Shown piece after piece: positions 12,587 through 22,310 of a stretch of DNA of 64,000 nt; within the stretch, counting starts at the first letter, position 1, and the number at the start of each line of letters is the position of its first letter. The notes under the pieces are model-generated. The model made no database searches. It worked only from the letters and a program-made list of their open reading frames with translations, and was not told the DNA's origin. The stretch comes from Nitrospirota bacterium. GTDB lineage: Bacteria > Nitrospirota > UBA9217. Location of the stretch: positions 18,313-82,312 of the forward strand of contig DASPSR010000005.1 of NCBI GenBank assembly GCA_035623825.1. The letters run 5' to 3'. A program made the position numbers and the translations under genes.

Positions 12587-13222
12587 TCAACACTGTTTTA
12601 CCGCCTTGATCGCCACAAAGGAGCCTTGACCGTAGCCATGCGTCACCGGCTCGTGTTCTCGAATTTCGGAGAGAGGGCCGAAGAGCGTTTGCACAAAACT
12701 GAAATTACTAAAACCGGCCCTTGTAAGATGAACAAGAAGTTCATCAGCAGTATAGAACGTGGCATCTTTGTAAAATATACTTTGATCTTTGTAGCGATCA
12801 TAAGCCTTTCCGACAAGACTATTCTTGTCGACAAAACCAATGACAAAGGCGCCGCCGGGTTTAAGCACCCTGAGTGTCTCTCTGAATGCAGCGTCCATAT
12901 CATCCAGGAAACAAACGGTCGTGACCATGAGCGCGAAGTCAAATTCGGCGTTTCCAAAGGGATTGGACTCGGCAACGCCGTATGTGACGTCTATGCCTCG
13001 CTCCCTCGCCTTTGCCATCATAGCACGTGATGGGTCGACACCGTGCTTGATTCCCAGTGGTGCCGCAAACAACCCGCTCCCGACACCAATCTCAAGAGAT
13101 TTTCCGCTTGGGGGGAGTAGAGCTTTAATGGCACGAAGCTCCGCCTGGTAAACGAAAGGATGCCTATCGAACCAGGTTTCGTATCGGTCAAGCTGGGCTT
13201 CAAACGACGGCTTTTTTGCCAT
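12587..13222 (-). CDS. Class I SAM-dependent methyltransferase
   Basis: LEIGVGSG motif I, GVAE, RVLKPGG. Confidence 0.88.
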   Translation of the reverse strand: MAKKPSFEAQLDRYETWFDRHPFVYQAELRAIKALLPPSGKSLEIGVGSGLFAAPLGIKHGVDPSRAMMAKARERGIDVTYGVAESNPFGNAEFDFALMVTTVCFLDDMDAAFRETLRVLKPGGAFVIGFVDKNSLVGKAYDRYKDQSIFYKDATFYTADELLVHLTRAGFSNFSFVQTLFGPLSEIREHEPVTHGYGQGSFVAIKAVKQC

Positions 13223-13292
13223 ATGCGTTTTCAGAGGAATCCTGCAGGTATCACAAGTAAATCAGGTGCGGACATGGGGCAAAGGGATTGCG

Positions 13293-13721
13293 TTACACGA
13301 TGCCGACGAGTTCGATATCAAACGTCAAGGTTCTCCCGGCAAGCGGATGGTTCGCATCGAGTGTCAGGCTCGATTCCGTGACATTAGTCACCGTAACCAG
13401 GATGGTCCGATTGTCCATCTGGGTGAGTTCCAGGCGCTGACCGATCTTGGCGTCGAGGTCATGCGGAAGCTCGTCCCTCTTTACGGTCACGATCATGTCG
13501 TCACGACGTGGACCGTAGGCCTGCTCGACAGGTATGACCGTTGTTTTTGATTCACCGATATTCATGCCGGCTATTGCATTCTCGAACCCAGCAATCACTT
13601 GACCGTTGCCGAGCGTGAACTGGAGCGGATGCCGGCTCCGGGACGTGTCGAACACCGTTCCATCCTCTAGCCTGCCGGTGTAATGAACCCGGACCGTGTC
13701 TCCCCTTTTTGCCAGCGCCAT
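13293..13721 (-). CDS. FKBP-type peptidyl-prolyl isomerase (SlyD/FkpB-like)
   Basis: VHYTGRLEDGTVFD, QAYG, DANHPLAGRTLTF. Confidence 0.92.
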   Translation of the reverse strand: MALAKRGDTVRVHYTGRLEDGTVFDTSRSRHPLQFTLGNGQVIAGFENAIAGMNIGESKTTVIPVEQAYGPRRDDMIVTVKRDELPHDLDAKIGQRLELTQMDNRTILVTVTNVTESSLTLDANHPLAGRTLTFDIELVGIV

Positions 13722-14061
13722 ATGCTCTCCTTATTTTATGTAAGGTGTTTGAGGTTCACGGTACAGGGACGTCAAGACTGTACGAAAGTTGTATTCGGTG
13801 GCGGGCCATTTGCTCCGCCGATATTATCAGCAATCTACCTCATATTGGCGCCGAGTGCAATACTTTCCTGCCGGCGGAGTCAGTTCGACATCTCACGGAG
13901 CAGAGAGATACTGAACAGTCTTTCTATAAGGGTCCCTGTGTCATCTTGACAACATGATGAGCAAGGTATATTGTATCTAAAACGGAGGACAAAGGCGTCT
14001 CGCCATTTCTTTGACGCATCTCAAAGGATATTTTGAAATCTCTGGGGAGGAGCATGCACCT

Positions 14062-14658
14062 ATGGAAAACAAAGACAAACCCTTGCCGAAACCGCCCAAC
14101 AGAGTTAGCGGAGGGAAAAAACAGTTTGGGCAGGAAGATGAGTGGGGATCGCTCCTGGCTGACCGCATGGCAGCGGCCATGGCAGAAGGAAAGCTAGATG
14201 ATTTTTTGAAAGAGGAGTTGTCGGATAATGAATATGCGAGGAACCTAGCGACAATGATGATGGGCATGACGGGGATGTTGCCTGCTGGCGGGGGACCGTC
14301 TTCTTCGACCGCGCCAGTGTTGGAGGAGGAGGCATCTTCGGCAGGGGCTGGAACGCGGGATTCAATGAGTACAGCAGACACGATGCCGGCAGACGTTAGA
14401 AAAGCGATCGAGGGCGGAGATGTGAAAGGATTGATGGAGCTACTTCGACGCGAACATCAAAAACGGATGCCCGGACCGGAACCGGCTGCGGAAGAAAAGG
14501 CTGCTGGGCCCCGTCCTGCCGACCACCCCACTATTGATAAGAATGTCATAGATGCATTGATACGAATTGCATCGGAAAACAGCGTTACCACGGACTGGAT
14601 TGTCCTACGGGCCATCAAATTCTACGTTCAGGAATATCAGAAGACGGGTAGGCTGTAA
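14062..14658 (+). CDS. Hypothetical protein with possible C-terminal ribbon-helix-helix domain
   Basis: 198 aa ORF with SD GGAGGAG; C-terminus TIDKNVIDALIRIASENSVTTDWIVLRAIKFYV resembles the CopG/RHH pattern. Confidence 0.6.
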   Translation: MENKDKPLPKPPNRVSGGKKQFGQEDEWGSLLADRMAAAMAEGKLDDFLKEELSDNEYARNLATMMMGMTGMLPAGGGPSSSTAPVLEEEASSAGAGTRDSMSTADTMPADVRKAIEGGDVKGLMELLRREHQKRMPGPEPAAEEKAAGPRPADHPTIDKNVIDALIRIASENSVTTDWIVLRAIKFYVQEYQKTGRL

Positions 14659-14705
14659 GACAGATCGCAGTCGAGAGTTCATGGAATAAACCTGCCCGTG
14701 AACTA

Positions 14706-15872
14706 CTAATCTGTTGCTAGAAACCCCTGTACCAGTCTTTTGATCTCCAAATGATGCACCGGAATGTTCGGTACGTCCTTGTTCCCGGGAATCGCCAGAA
14801 CATGGATGAACGCTGGACCTTTCCGCGGGCCTCTCATCGCACCCACCAAATCCTTCGCGTCCGCCACTTTATCCGTATTCCTGATCCCGAACCCTTTCGC
14901 CACCTGCTCAAGGTCTACGCAGGACGACGCAAACGTCGGCTGGTTTCCGGTGGAGCCATAGGCGCCGTTATCGATGGCGACGATCGTGAGGTTTTTCGGC
15001 GCAAGAAAGGCGGCCGTTGCCAGCGCACCTGGGTTCATAAGGAGACTTCCGTCTCCGTCAATGACGACCACCTCTTTTTTCGAGTTCTGTGCTATGCCGA
15101 GGCCGATGGGCGTGGCCATGCCCATGCTTCCGAGCATGTAGAAGTTCGAAGGCTGGTGCTTTATGAGGTAAAGCTCCTTGGAGGGCCAGCCGAGATTACT
15201 GACAACGACTTTCTTTTCAAGATATGGCGCGATTAGCTGGAGGATTTCGAACCTTGTACACTGCGCGGTTTGCATTCCTTTTGCCTCCCGCCTTTCAATT
15301 AAGATAGCAGGAGCCTCTTCGTCTTTGACGCCGCAGGTAGCTTGACCTGCCGCTGTCGGGGCACGCGGCGCTTCGCAAGCTGAATCTTCCCACACCGCGG
15401 GACTAAGCAGAAAAGCGTGAATCCTGTTCTTCAGAAAAACCCGGGGCAGTTCCCTGTCAACGACGCTGAAATCGTCTCTTGAGTTTATCTCGGAAAACGT
15501 GATTTCCGCACCGTTCAGGATTCCGGGGAGCCTTTGGCCCATGGGGACCTGGGCCTCGATCTTTTCCTTATAGACGCCCCTCCGGCTCACAAAAAGAGCG
15601 AGGGGAAGCTCATAGAAAGCAGTGAGGGAAAGAAGGGCGTTGATCATGTTCCCGACACCGGAGCTCTGGACGAACACTGCCGGCCGTCTGCCCGAGAGTG
15701 CGGCGCCCGCACAGATCCCGACACCCTCTTCCTCTCTCGTGAGGGGAACATGATGGAAAGACCCAGCCAGCATCTCAAGCATGGTCTTGATCTTCTCGCA
15801 GGGAAGGGAGGCGGTAAAGTCCACCCCATGCGTCTTGAGCATGGCTAGGAGTTCTTCTTCAGGACGTTGCAT
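14706..15872 (-). CDS. comDE: Fused sulfopyruvate decarboxylase ComDE (TPP-dependent)
   Basis: N-half SLPC...LTREEEGVGICAG...QSSGVGNMINAL...RGVYKEKIEAQVPMG (ComD); C-half NFYMLGSMG, IDGDGSLLMN...DNGAYGSTGNQPT TPP motif (ComE); low-complexity linker. Confidence 0.88.
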   Translation of the reverse strand: MQRPEEELLAMLKTHGVDFTASLPCEKIKTMLEMLAGSFHHVPLTREEEGVGICAGAALSGRRPAVFVQSSGVGNMINALLSLTAFYELPLALFVSRRGVYKEKIEAQVPMGQRLPGILNGAEITFSEINSRDDFSVVDRELPRVFLKNRIHAFLLSPAVWEDSACEAPRAPTAAGQATCGVKDEEAPAILIERREAKGMQTAQCTRFEILQLIAPYLEKKVVVSNLGWPSKELYLIKHQPSNFYMLGSMGMATPIGLGIAQNSKKEVVVIDGDGSLLMNPGALATAAFLAPKNLTIVAIDNGAYGSTGNQPTFASSCVDLEQVAKGFGIRNTDKVADAKDLVGAMRGPRKGPAFIHVLAIPGNKDVPNIPVHHLEIKRLVQGFLATD

Positions 15873-17104
15873 AGCAGGTCCTCGATCTCCTTCTCCGTTA
15901 TCTTCTTTGAGATGAACTTGGGAACAACCGTATAGGTCTTTTTCTCCTGCCGCAGTCTTTCTTCACCGCCGCCGGTGATGTTCAGCAATACGGTATCGCT
16001 CTTCCGGATCGCACCAGTTTGCACGGCTTCTGTGAGCACCGCGACAGCCACAGCGGAGGCAGGCACGATGTCGATGCCCTCCGACTCGCGGAAGGTCTCT
16101 ATTGCAGCATACACCGCCTCGTTCCTGACGCCGTACATCGTACCGCCGGTTGCAGTGAGCGCGTCATACACTCCGCCTATTACCGAGTAGGCAGGATATC
16201 GAGTCGAAAGAACCCTGGTCGTGATGTGGGAGATCAGTTCGGGCTTCAGGTCATCGGGAAACAGGGTACGACTGCTCTTGTTCCAGGCGTGGAGCATGGG
16301 CGCAAACGGAAGGTTCTGCCCCAAATGCAGGGTGGTCAGGCGATTGCCAAACCGGCCATCGCGCACGAACCGCTCCGCCATCTCCCAGGCCCCGATGGCC
16401 CCCGTGCCGCTTCCTACGGCCTGAACGTAATGGTCCGGCAGTTTTCCAGTCTTCGAAACCGTCTCAAGCATCACGATGCCAAGGCCGTCGCGTTTGGCAA
16501 TGTTCTTCACGCCCCCCTCAAAGGGAAACCCGAGGGTCAGAGCGATCTTCTTCGCAACATCGATGGCGTCCGCATAGTCACCGTCGCCAACAGCGAGCGT
16601 CGGAATGAGTGATGAACGATTGAGATACCACATCTCCATAAGGCACATCCGGGGCACGACGATGACCACCGGATAGCCTGTCACCGCTGACAAATGCGCA
16701 AAGGCGCGTGCCGTGTTCCCGGCAGAGGCGACAATCAGACCTTCGATGCCGTTCTCCCTGGCGTTCTGGAGCACGACCGCCGCTTCGAACTCCTTGAACG
16801 TGCAAGTCTCAAGGAGCGCCCCTTTCTCAGGCCAGTACCCGCTGAAGGCAATATACAGGTTTTCAAGGCCAAGGCGTTTTGCAAGGCCCTGTGAGCTGTA
16901 TACCAGGGGGCCCGGCTGGGCGATCCGCGGGGCATGAATCGGGAGCCAATTGAACCTCCAGACGCCGTCAGAACCGCGCTCAGTAAAACGAACATCGCTG
17001 TAATCGCTTACGAGAAGCGCATCCTTGCAGTGCTCACAGAAGGCACAGAAGGCGTTCTCAAGAACCTTGCCACAGTTTCTGCATCGAATGGAAAAATGGC
17101 TCAT
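15845..17104 (-). CDS. Cysteate synthase (PLP-dependent, threonine synthase-like)
   Basis: FSGYWPEKGA..TCTFKEFEA (PLP Lys), ASAGNTARAF, GGVKNIAKRDG, QAVGSGTG, QNLPF, LLNITGGG; N-terminal CxxC; adjacent to comDE. Confidence 0.87.
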   Translation of the reverse strand: MSHFSIRCRNCGKVLENAFCAFCEHCKDALLVSDYSDVRFTERGSDGVWRFNWLPIHAPRIAQPGPLVYSSQGLAKRLGLENLYIAFSGYWPEKGALLETCTFKEFEAAVVLQNARENGIEGLIVASAGNTARAFAHLSAVTGYPVVIVVPRMCLMEMWYLNRSSLIPTLAVGDGDYADAIDVAKKIALTLGFPFEGGVKNIAKRDGLGIVMLETVSKTGKLPDHYVQAVGSGTGAIGAWEMAERFVRDGRFGNRLTTLHLGQNLPFAPMLHAWNKSSRTLFPDDLKPELISHITTRVLSTRYPAYSVIGGVYDALTATGGTMYGVRNEAVYAAIETFRESEGIDIVPASAVAVAVLTEAVQTGAIRKSDTVLLNITGGGEERLRQEKKTYTVVPKFISKKITEKEIEDLLCNVLKKNS

Positions 17105-18318
17105 GACTTCTCACCTTCGATCATACTGCCGATCAGTTCCATGATGTCAGTGATCTGTATCCGGTTTTTATGTCCTACCATGGCCTCGTTCACCTTGGCA
17201 TAACAGGCCGGACAGCTCAGGATAAGGCGGTCAGCCTTCTTTGCCACGGCCTCGTCAATGGTCAATCTGCCTATGGCAACGGCGTTTTCGTGATACACTT
17301 TCCTCGCCGCTCCTCCCGCCCCGCAACACCGCGAGTTCAGTCCATTCCGATCAAACTCCAGCAGCGTGAGTCCCGGTATGCTGCGGAGCACCTCCCGCGG
17401 CTCTTCGATCACACCAACTCCACGGGTGAGATAGCAGGGATCGTGATAAATTACCCGTTCATGCAGCTCTTTTCGATACTTCAGCTTGCCTTCTTTTACC
17501 GCCGCTGCAACGAGTTGTGTGATATGACGGATCTTGAACGGGAGGTCGCTGCCATAGAAAACCGGCCAGTCCCTGCTCATGATATTCACGCAACAGGGGC
17601 AGGAGCAGACGAGCGTCTTGACACCCCGTGCCCGGTACCCTTCTACAAGCCGCCTGACCAGGTCCGCGAGCAGGTCGTGCTGACCCGTGATAAAGAGCGG
17701 GAAACCGCAGCAAACCTCTTCCTCGGGAGGGAGCATGGTGAAAGGTTCGCCTATGGCGCCCAGAACCAGTGCGTCGCCCCGCACCATGGGCTGGGCCTCG
17801 TAGGCGCCCGTGCACCCAGCATAATACGCGATTTCCGCCCTCTCGGCAACCTTCACCTGCTCAGGGAACCACGGCTGGTAGCGGTCTGCTGCAGGCTTGT
17901 CGTAGGGATTGCCGCTCCTGCTTACAGCGTTCGGCACGCTGGCCTGTGCGCCGATGGGCCCGAGACCGCGCTTGACCATCTCTTTTCTAAGCGTGGGCCA
18001 GAGACGTTGCGTGAAGATGCCGACGGGGCAGTTCTGTCCGCAGGCGCCGCAGGTGGTGCATTCATAAACCGCCTTCACGAAATCTTCGAGCAGCTTGCGG
18101 TCGACCTTTCCCGGCCCGAAGAACCGCGCCTTAAGACCGTCAGTTGCGCGGATAAACTCGCGGAACATACGGATCTTCTCAGGCGGCGATACCGTGGGGT
18201 TTCCGGTCACATCCTGGATAGGGCAGTGCTTCAGGCACTCTCCGCACTGAGTGCAGGCGTCGATCTCAAGGACCTGTCGGGGAGAGAGTTCTTCCGTGAA
18301 TGATCGTTTATTCTTCAT
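17101..18318 (-). CDS. HdrD-like Fe-S oxidoreductase (2x[4Fe-4S] plus two CCG domains)
   Basis: CTQCGECLKHCP, CTTCGACGQNCP, YYAGC..EVCCG..CPCC, YHDPC..RCCGAGG..CPAC. Confidence 0.88.
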   Translation of the reverse strand: MKNKRSFTEELSPRQVLEIDACTQCGECLKHCPIQDVTGNPTVSPPEKIRMFREFIRATDGLKARFFGPGKVDRKLLEDFVKAVYECTTCGACGQNCPVGIFTQRLWPTLRKEMVKRGLGPIGAQASVPNAVSRSGNPYDKPAADRYQPWFPEQVKVAERAEIAYYAGCTGAYEAQPMVRGDALVLGAIGEPFTMLPPEEEVCCGFPLFITGQHDLLADLVRRLVEGYRARGVKTLVCSCPCCVNIMSRDWPVFYGSDLPFKIRHITQLVAAAVKEGKLKYRKELHERVIYHDPCYLTRGVGVIEEPREVLRSIPGLTLLEFDRNGLNSRCCGAGGAARKVYHENAVAIGRLTIDEAVAKKADRLILSCPACYAKVNEAMVGHKNRIQITDIMELIGSMIEGEKS

Positions 18319-18994
18319 GCATCACCAAACGAAGCGCCTTCTTCCGCTTTCTCGCCTCCATCATCACCAGCGGGGCCGTGAAGATGTGCGTTGGCAGGAA
18401 AGGGATCAGCACCAGAACAAGAATAAAATGAAGTAAGAACAGCAGACTGGCCGGCGCAGCGGCCGGCCTGAGCGTCACAATGCCCCATGCAAACAATTTT
18501 ACGTCCACAAGATCTGGCTTGTACAGAACGTGCATCAGGACGCCCAGAGAGCTGATTACAAGCACCAGGCAGAGAAGGAACATGTTAGCAGGAGAGGCAT
18601 ACTTTTCCCACCTGGTGAACAGCCTTATGACTAGGATGTATACCAAAGCAGGAGGAAGGACGTACCCGGCTATCGTTCCCGGCGTCTGTATGCACCATAC
18701 CCATGCTGGAACAGGGTTCAGAAAATACCGCAAATGCCGAAGGAGAACCAGAAGAAAGCTTGCGTGGAAAGCCCACTCCCCGACCCAAAGAGCGGGATTC
18801 ACCATCAAAAGCCTTGTGAACAGAAAAACATCTGAGACCGTGAGCGCCCATACCTTCGCCGTTGTTGGAGAGGCTGGTTCGGTGGAAAGTCTTTTCATTG
18901 CCTTCCACCATACCAGCCCATGCAGAAGAAACCGCGCCCAGAATACCGAATATGCGCTGTAGGCTGCAACGACCAATATCGTCCCCATAGTCAT
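18308..18994 (-). CDS. DsrM/HmeC/HdrE-like (NarI-family) membrane cytochrome b
   Basis: About five hydrophobic helices; FHASFLLVLLRHLRYF and LHFILV...THIF His pairs; overlaps the hdrD-like start. Confidence 0.78.
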   Translation of the reverse strand: MTMGTILVVAAYSAYSVFWARFLLHGLVWWKAMKRLSTEPASPTTAKVWALTVSDVFLFTRLLMVNPALWVGEWAFHASFLLVLLRHLRYFLNPVPAWVWCIQTPGTIAGYVLPPALVYILVIRLFTRWEKYASPANMFLLCLVLVISSLGVLMHVLYKPDLVDVKLFAWGIVTLRPAAAPASLLFLLHFILVLVLIPFLPTHIFTAPLVMMEARKRKKALRLVMHEE

Positions 18995-19016
18995 CAGTCC
19001 GGCAAGAGCTGTTTAC

Positions 19017-19025
19017 AGTATAACA
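19017..19025 (-). promoter_or_regulatory. Extended -10 promoter for the dsrM-hdrD-cysteate synthase-comDE operon
   Basis: Minus strand TGT-TATACT 22 nt upstream of ATG 18994; no good -35. Confidence 0.45.
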
Positions 19026-19122
19026 CATAAGTCCTTAGGCCCCATTTTCGTCAGCCGACGGCGGATGACAGCGGTATGCAGGACCATTTGGGCCGTGCGG
19101 GTGGTGCGTTGGAGACCACCGG

Positions 19123-19440
19123 TCATTTTTTCACTACGAACGTGATGCTTGCATCCTTGGGGACGTTCAGGCCCGCCTCGGCCTCGATTGCTTTCAGAAT
19201 GCCGGAAGGCACGGGACAGGCCACATGCTTGAGGTGTTTTGATGCTGACCGGTACACGGGATTACTCTGGAAGCCAGTAAGCGCGGCGAACCGGTCTAGG
19301 GTCGCGATGTCTTCCAGCATCTTCTTCACCATGCCGCACTCCGTGTCCAGGGAAATCGCGATTGTTTTGTCTTTCCTGGTTTCTGCTCTAATGGAGACGG
19401 AAAAACCGCATGTTCCTGAGTTGACTATTACCGTTGTCAT
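19123..19440 (-). CDS. Small Cys/His-rich conserved hypothetical protein (DUF6951-like)
   Basis: 105 aa; GTCGF, TECG, HVACPVPSGILKAIEAEAGL. Confidence 0.65.
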   Translation of the reverse strand: MTTVIVNSGTCGFSVSIRAETRKDKTIAISLDTECGMVKKMLEDIATLDRFAALTGFQSNPVYRSASKHLKHVACPVPSGILKAIEAEAGLNVPKDASITFVVKK

Positions 19441-19562
19441 AGGTATTTGTCCCCCTGCCCGACTATGCCTCAAGGTATAAGGGGCGGGAAGGTCCCGGGA
19501 AAGCATCGACCTCCCGCCCCTGTAACCTCATTTATCGCCAGGAGGACCCGGCGATAATCTCT

Positions 19563-21548
19563 CTATGCCTTTATCTCAACGGGGGTGTTCGATTTTTCGA
19601 GCAGCTCCTTCAGATTCGGGAACTTGTCTTTCATGTGCGGGATATGCATTGCTTGCATAAACTCCTTCTCAAAGGCCGGCTCAGTTGCGATTTCGACGAA
19701 CTGCACCCAGCGGGCTCGTTCGTCCGCCTCAGTACGCTTCCTGCGGTTCAGAAGCGCCATCCGTGCACCATCACCCGCAGCGTTTCCTACGACGACGACC
19801 TTCTCGATCGGCACGTCGGGGAACATCCCCAGGGTGAGAGACGCCTCGCGATCGATATGGCTGCCGAAGGCGCCTGCAAGCTCGACGCGGTCGAGCTTGG
19901 TGACGCCCATCTTCTGCATCATGAGCTTTGCACCAGTGTAGAGAGCGCCCTTGGCGAGCTGGAGCGCCCTCACATCACCCTGGGTCACGGTGATGTCCTG
20001 ATTTATCGATGTTTCTTCAGCCCAGGCGAGTACGTATTCGGGCTTCCCGTCGGCATCGCGGCGCACGCGGTTGGTCCCTGTATCCATGATGAACTTGCCG
20101 CTCTTGTCGATGATGCCCGCCGTGAACATCTGAGCTATGACGTCAATAATGCCGGACCCGCAAATGCCCTTGGCGTTGATCTTGCCCTCGATGTGGGTGT
20201 GCCAGTCAGCCTTGCCGATGACCATGTACTGCGGATCTTTCGTTGCGGGATCGATGCGCACCTTCTCGATCGCCCCGGGAGCGGCACGCATCCCGAACTT
20301 GATCTGGGCGCCCTCGAAGGCCGGACCGGTGGCGCAGGAGGTGGAGCAGACCCGGTCCTTGTTGCCCAAGAGCAGCTCGCCGTTCGTTCCGATGTCGATG
20401 ATCAGCACCATCTCGTCCTGATTGTATTGCTCCTGGGCGATCAGCACGCCTACGTTGTCGGCGCCCACGAAGCCGGCCTCGAGAGGCAGAACATGGATAT
20501 AAGAGCCGGGGTTGATGCGGATTCCGAGGTCTCGTGCCTTGATATCGAGAGAGCGCTGAACCGCCGGAATAAAAGGAGAGCGTCCGATGAAGGTCGGGTT
20601 CAGGCCCAAAAAGATATGATGCATGGCAGTATTGAAAACAATGGTGAGGTCATCGATGGTGTGGCCCTGTTGCGGCCCGTCCTTTTGGACTTCGGCAACG
20701 ACCTTCTCGATGATCTCGTTCAAACCGGTGATGATGGAGTCCTGCATGGTCTTGAGGCCGCTTTCGTTCGCCATGGCATACGTGATGCGTGACATCACGT
20801 CTTCTCCGTAGGGTACCTGGGGGTTCATCATCGACTCGGTGTTGATCACCTTGCCCGTTGAGAGGTCGCAAAGGTAGCCCACGCAGGTCGTGGTGCCGAT
20901 ATCAACCGCCAGACCATAGCACACGTCCACGTGGCCAGGCTCGGCCTTGATGATCTCCCTGCCCTGCCACACCGTGAGCGTGATGGTCCATTCTCCCTTT
21001 CGAAGGATGTCCTGCAGGTCCCGCAGGACCTGGTAGTCCATCGTGAGGCCTTTCAGGCCATAGGTCTCTTCGAGGGCGTTGACAATGCGCTCGAAGTCCC
21101 CGGTCGTCATGTCGTGGAGCGTCGGTTTGGTAAGCGACAGGGGGTACTTCTTGACCGCCGGATCGAGAGCGATGGAGAGCTCTTTGGCCGCTTTCCGTAC
21201 CACCTGCTTCCCTGCCCGGGACCGCTCGGGAACAAAGACCTTCAAGTCGCCACGCACCTCGCATTGGCAGGCGAGCCTGATGCCTGGTCCGTCCTCGGGT
21301 TTGATATGCTTTAGCTCGTCCGGAGCCGGGTGATGCGGGAAAATATGCACCATGCCCGACTCGATGTTGTCCTTCTCGAAGTACCCTTCTTCGATCCGGA
21401 CTTTGCACTTGCCACAGACCTTTTTGTTGCCGCAGAGCGCCTCGATGTCGACTCCGAGCGCCTGTGCGGCCTGGAGGACTGTCTTTCCTTCATCAACCTC
21501 GCCGCGGCGGCCCGAGGGCTGGAATATCACTTTGTATTTCTTGGACAT
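19563..21548 (-). CDS. ATP-dependent reductive activator of corrinoid proteins (RACo/RACE, ASKHA family)
   Basis: N-terminal [2Fe-2S] CGNKKVCGKC...RLACQC; DIGTTT, DIGTNGE, ATGPAFEG, GICGSG, AGAFG, GNAAGDGA. Confidence 0.92.
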   Translation of the reverse strand: MSKKYKVIFQPSGRRGEVDEGKTVLQAAQALGVDIEALCGNKKVCGKCKVRIEEGYFEKDNIESGMVHIFPHHPAPDELKHIKPEDGPGIRLACQCEVRGDLKVFVPERSRAGKQVVRKAAKELSIALDPAVKKYPLSLTKPTLHDMTTGDFERIVNALEETYGLKGLTMDYQVLRDLQDILRKGEWTITLTVWQGREIIKAEPGHVDVCYGLAVDIGTTTCVGYLCDLSTGKVINTESMMNPQVPYGEDVMSRITYAMANESGLKTMQDSIITGLNEIIEKVVAEVQKDGPQQGHTIDDLTIVFNTAMHHIFLGLNPTFIGRSPFIPAVQRSLDIKARDLGIRINPGSYIHVLPLEAGFVGADNVGVLIAQEQYNQDEMVLIIDIGTNGELLLGNKDRVCSTSCATGPAFEGAQIKFGMRAAPGAIEKVRIDPATKDPQYMVIGKADWHTHIEGKINAKGICGSGIIDVIAQMFTAGIIDKSGKFIMDTGTNRVRRDADGKPEYVLAWAEETSINQDITVTQGDVRALQLAKGALYTGAKLMMQKMGVTKLDRVELAGAFGSHIDREASLTLGMFPDVPIEKVVVVGNAAGDGARMALLNRRKRTEADERARWVQFVEIATEPAFEKEFMQAMHIPHMKDKFPNLKELLEKSNTPVEIKA

Positions 21549-21656
21549 GTATCGCCTCCGATAAAGGGAAAATACGACGTCATAAATCTTAAATAATGTT
21601 CAAACCCAAAGACCCGACGTCAAAACAGTTCTACAGTTAATGGTGATGCTTGAAAT

Positions 21657-22310
21657 TTATTTCTCATTCGTCCCTCGGACCTTCGCATTGCTTCTCCCGT
21701 AAGGGCAGACATTGATGCAAAAACCGCAATTGGGCTTGCCGACGGTTTTCAATTTGGCCGTCTTGTGGCTCTTACAGACGTCGAGCCTGACTAGTTCCAC
21801 GAAAGGGTCGTGACGGGACCACACGGCCCCCGTTATCGCTTTTGACGGGCAGTGCTCGACGCAGAGCTCGCAATCGCCGCACCTGCTTTGTTCGATCGGC
21901 TCGTCCGCCGCAAGGCGAGCATCGGTCAGAACGGTCGCCAGTGAGAGTCGCGGGCCATGCTTGGGATTGATTAGGAGGCCGTTCTTTCCAACCCAGCCGA
22001 TACCGGCCGATGTAGCCGCCATCTTATGGGTGAACAGAGAATAGAGCTTGGAGATGAAGGACCCATTCGTGCGGTCCGAGTCAGGCGGGATGGCAAGGGT
22101 GCGGTGGCCCCTGGCCTTCAGGAACCTCACAGTCCGCCGCTGAAGCTTGGCCAGCAGGGCGAGGGTGTTCTCGTTCAATTTTCTGTCAACGCCGATCGAA
22201 ACAGCACGGTTCAGATGGCTGATCTCCCCGCTCAGGTATCCGCGCAGATCAGCAACGCCGACCACTGTGGCGCCAAGATCGAACAGCTCCTTGCGGAGCG
22301 AGGTCTTCAT
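21657..22310 (-). CDS. Epoxyqueuosine reductase/reductive dehalogenase-like 4Fe-4S protein
   Basis: HKMAATSAGIGWVGKNGLLINPKHGPRLSLATVLTD, CGDCELCVEHCP, CGFCINVCP. Confidence 0.8.
   Translation of the reverse strand: MKTSLRKELFDLGATVVGVADLRGYLSGEISHLNRAVSIGVDRKLNENTLALLAKLQRRTVRFLKARGHRTLAIPPDSDRTNGSFISKLYSLFTHKMAATSAGIGWVGKNGLLINPKHGPRLSLATVLTDARLAADEPIEQSRCGDCELCVEHCPSKAITGAVWSRHDPFVELVRLDVCKSHKTAKLKTVGKPNCGFCINVCPYGRSNAKVRGTNEK

Noticed and set aside
17170-20792. Long plus-strand ORFs 17170..18303 and 19635..20792
   Set aside because: Antisense shadows of the hdrD-like and RACo genes
21575-21622. CGACGTCA repeated at 40-bp spacing upstream of RACo
   Set aside because: Only 8 bp and two copies; compatible with chance and not a CRISPR array
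21657-22310. Respiratory reductive dehalogenase
   Set aside because: Only 217 aa, no Tat signal and no RdhB anchor
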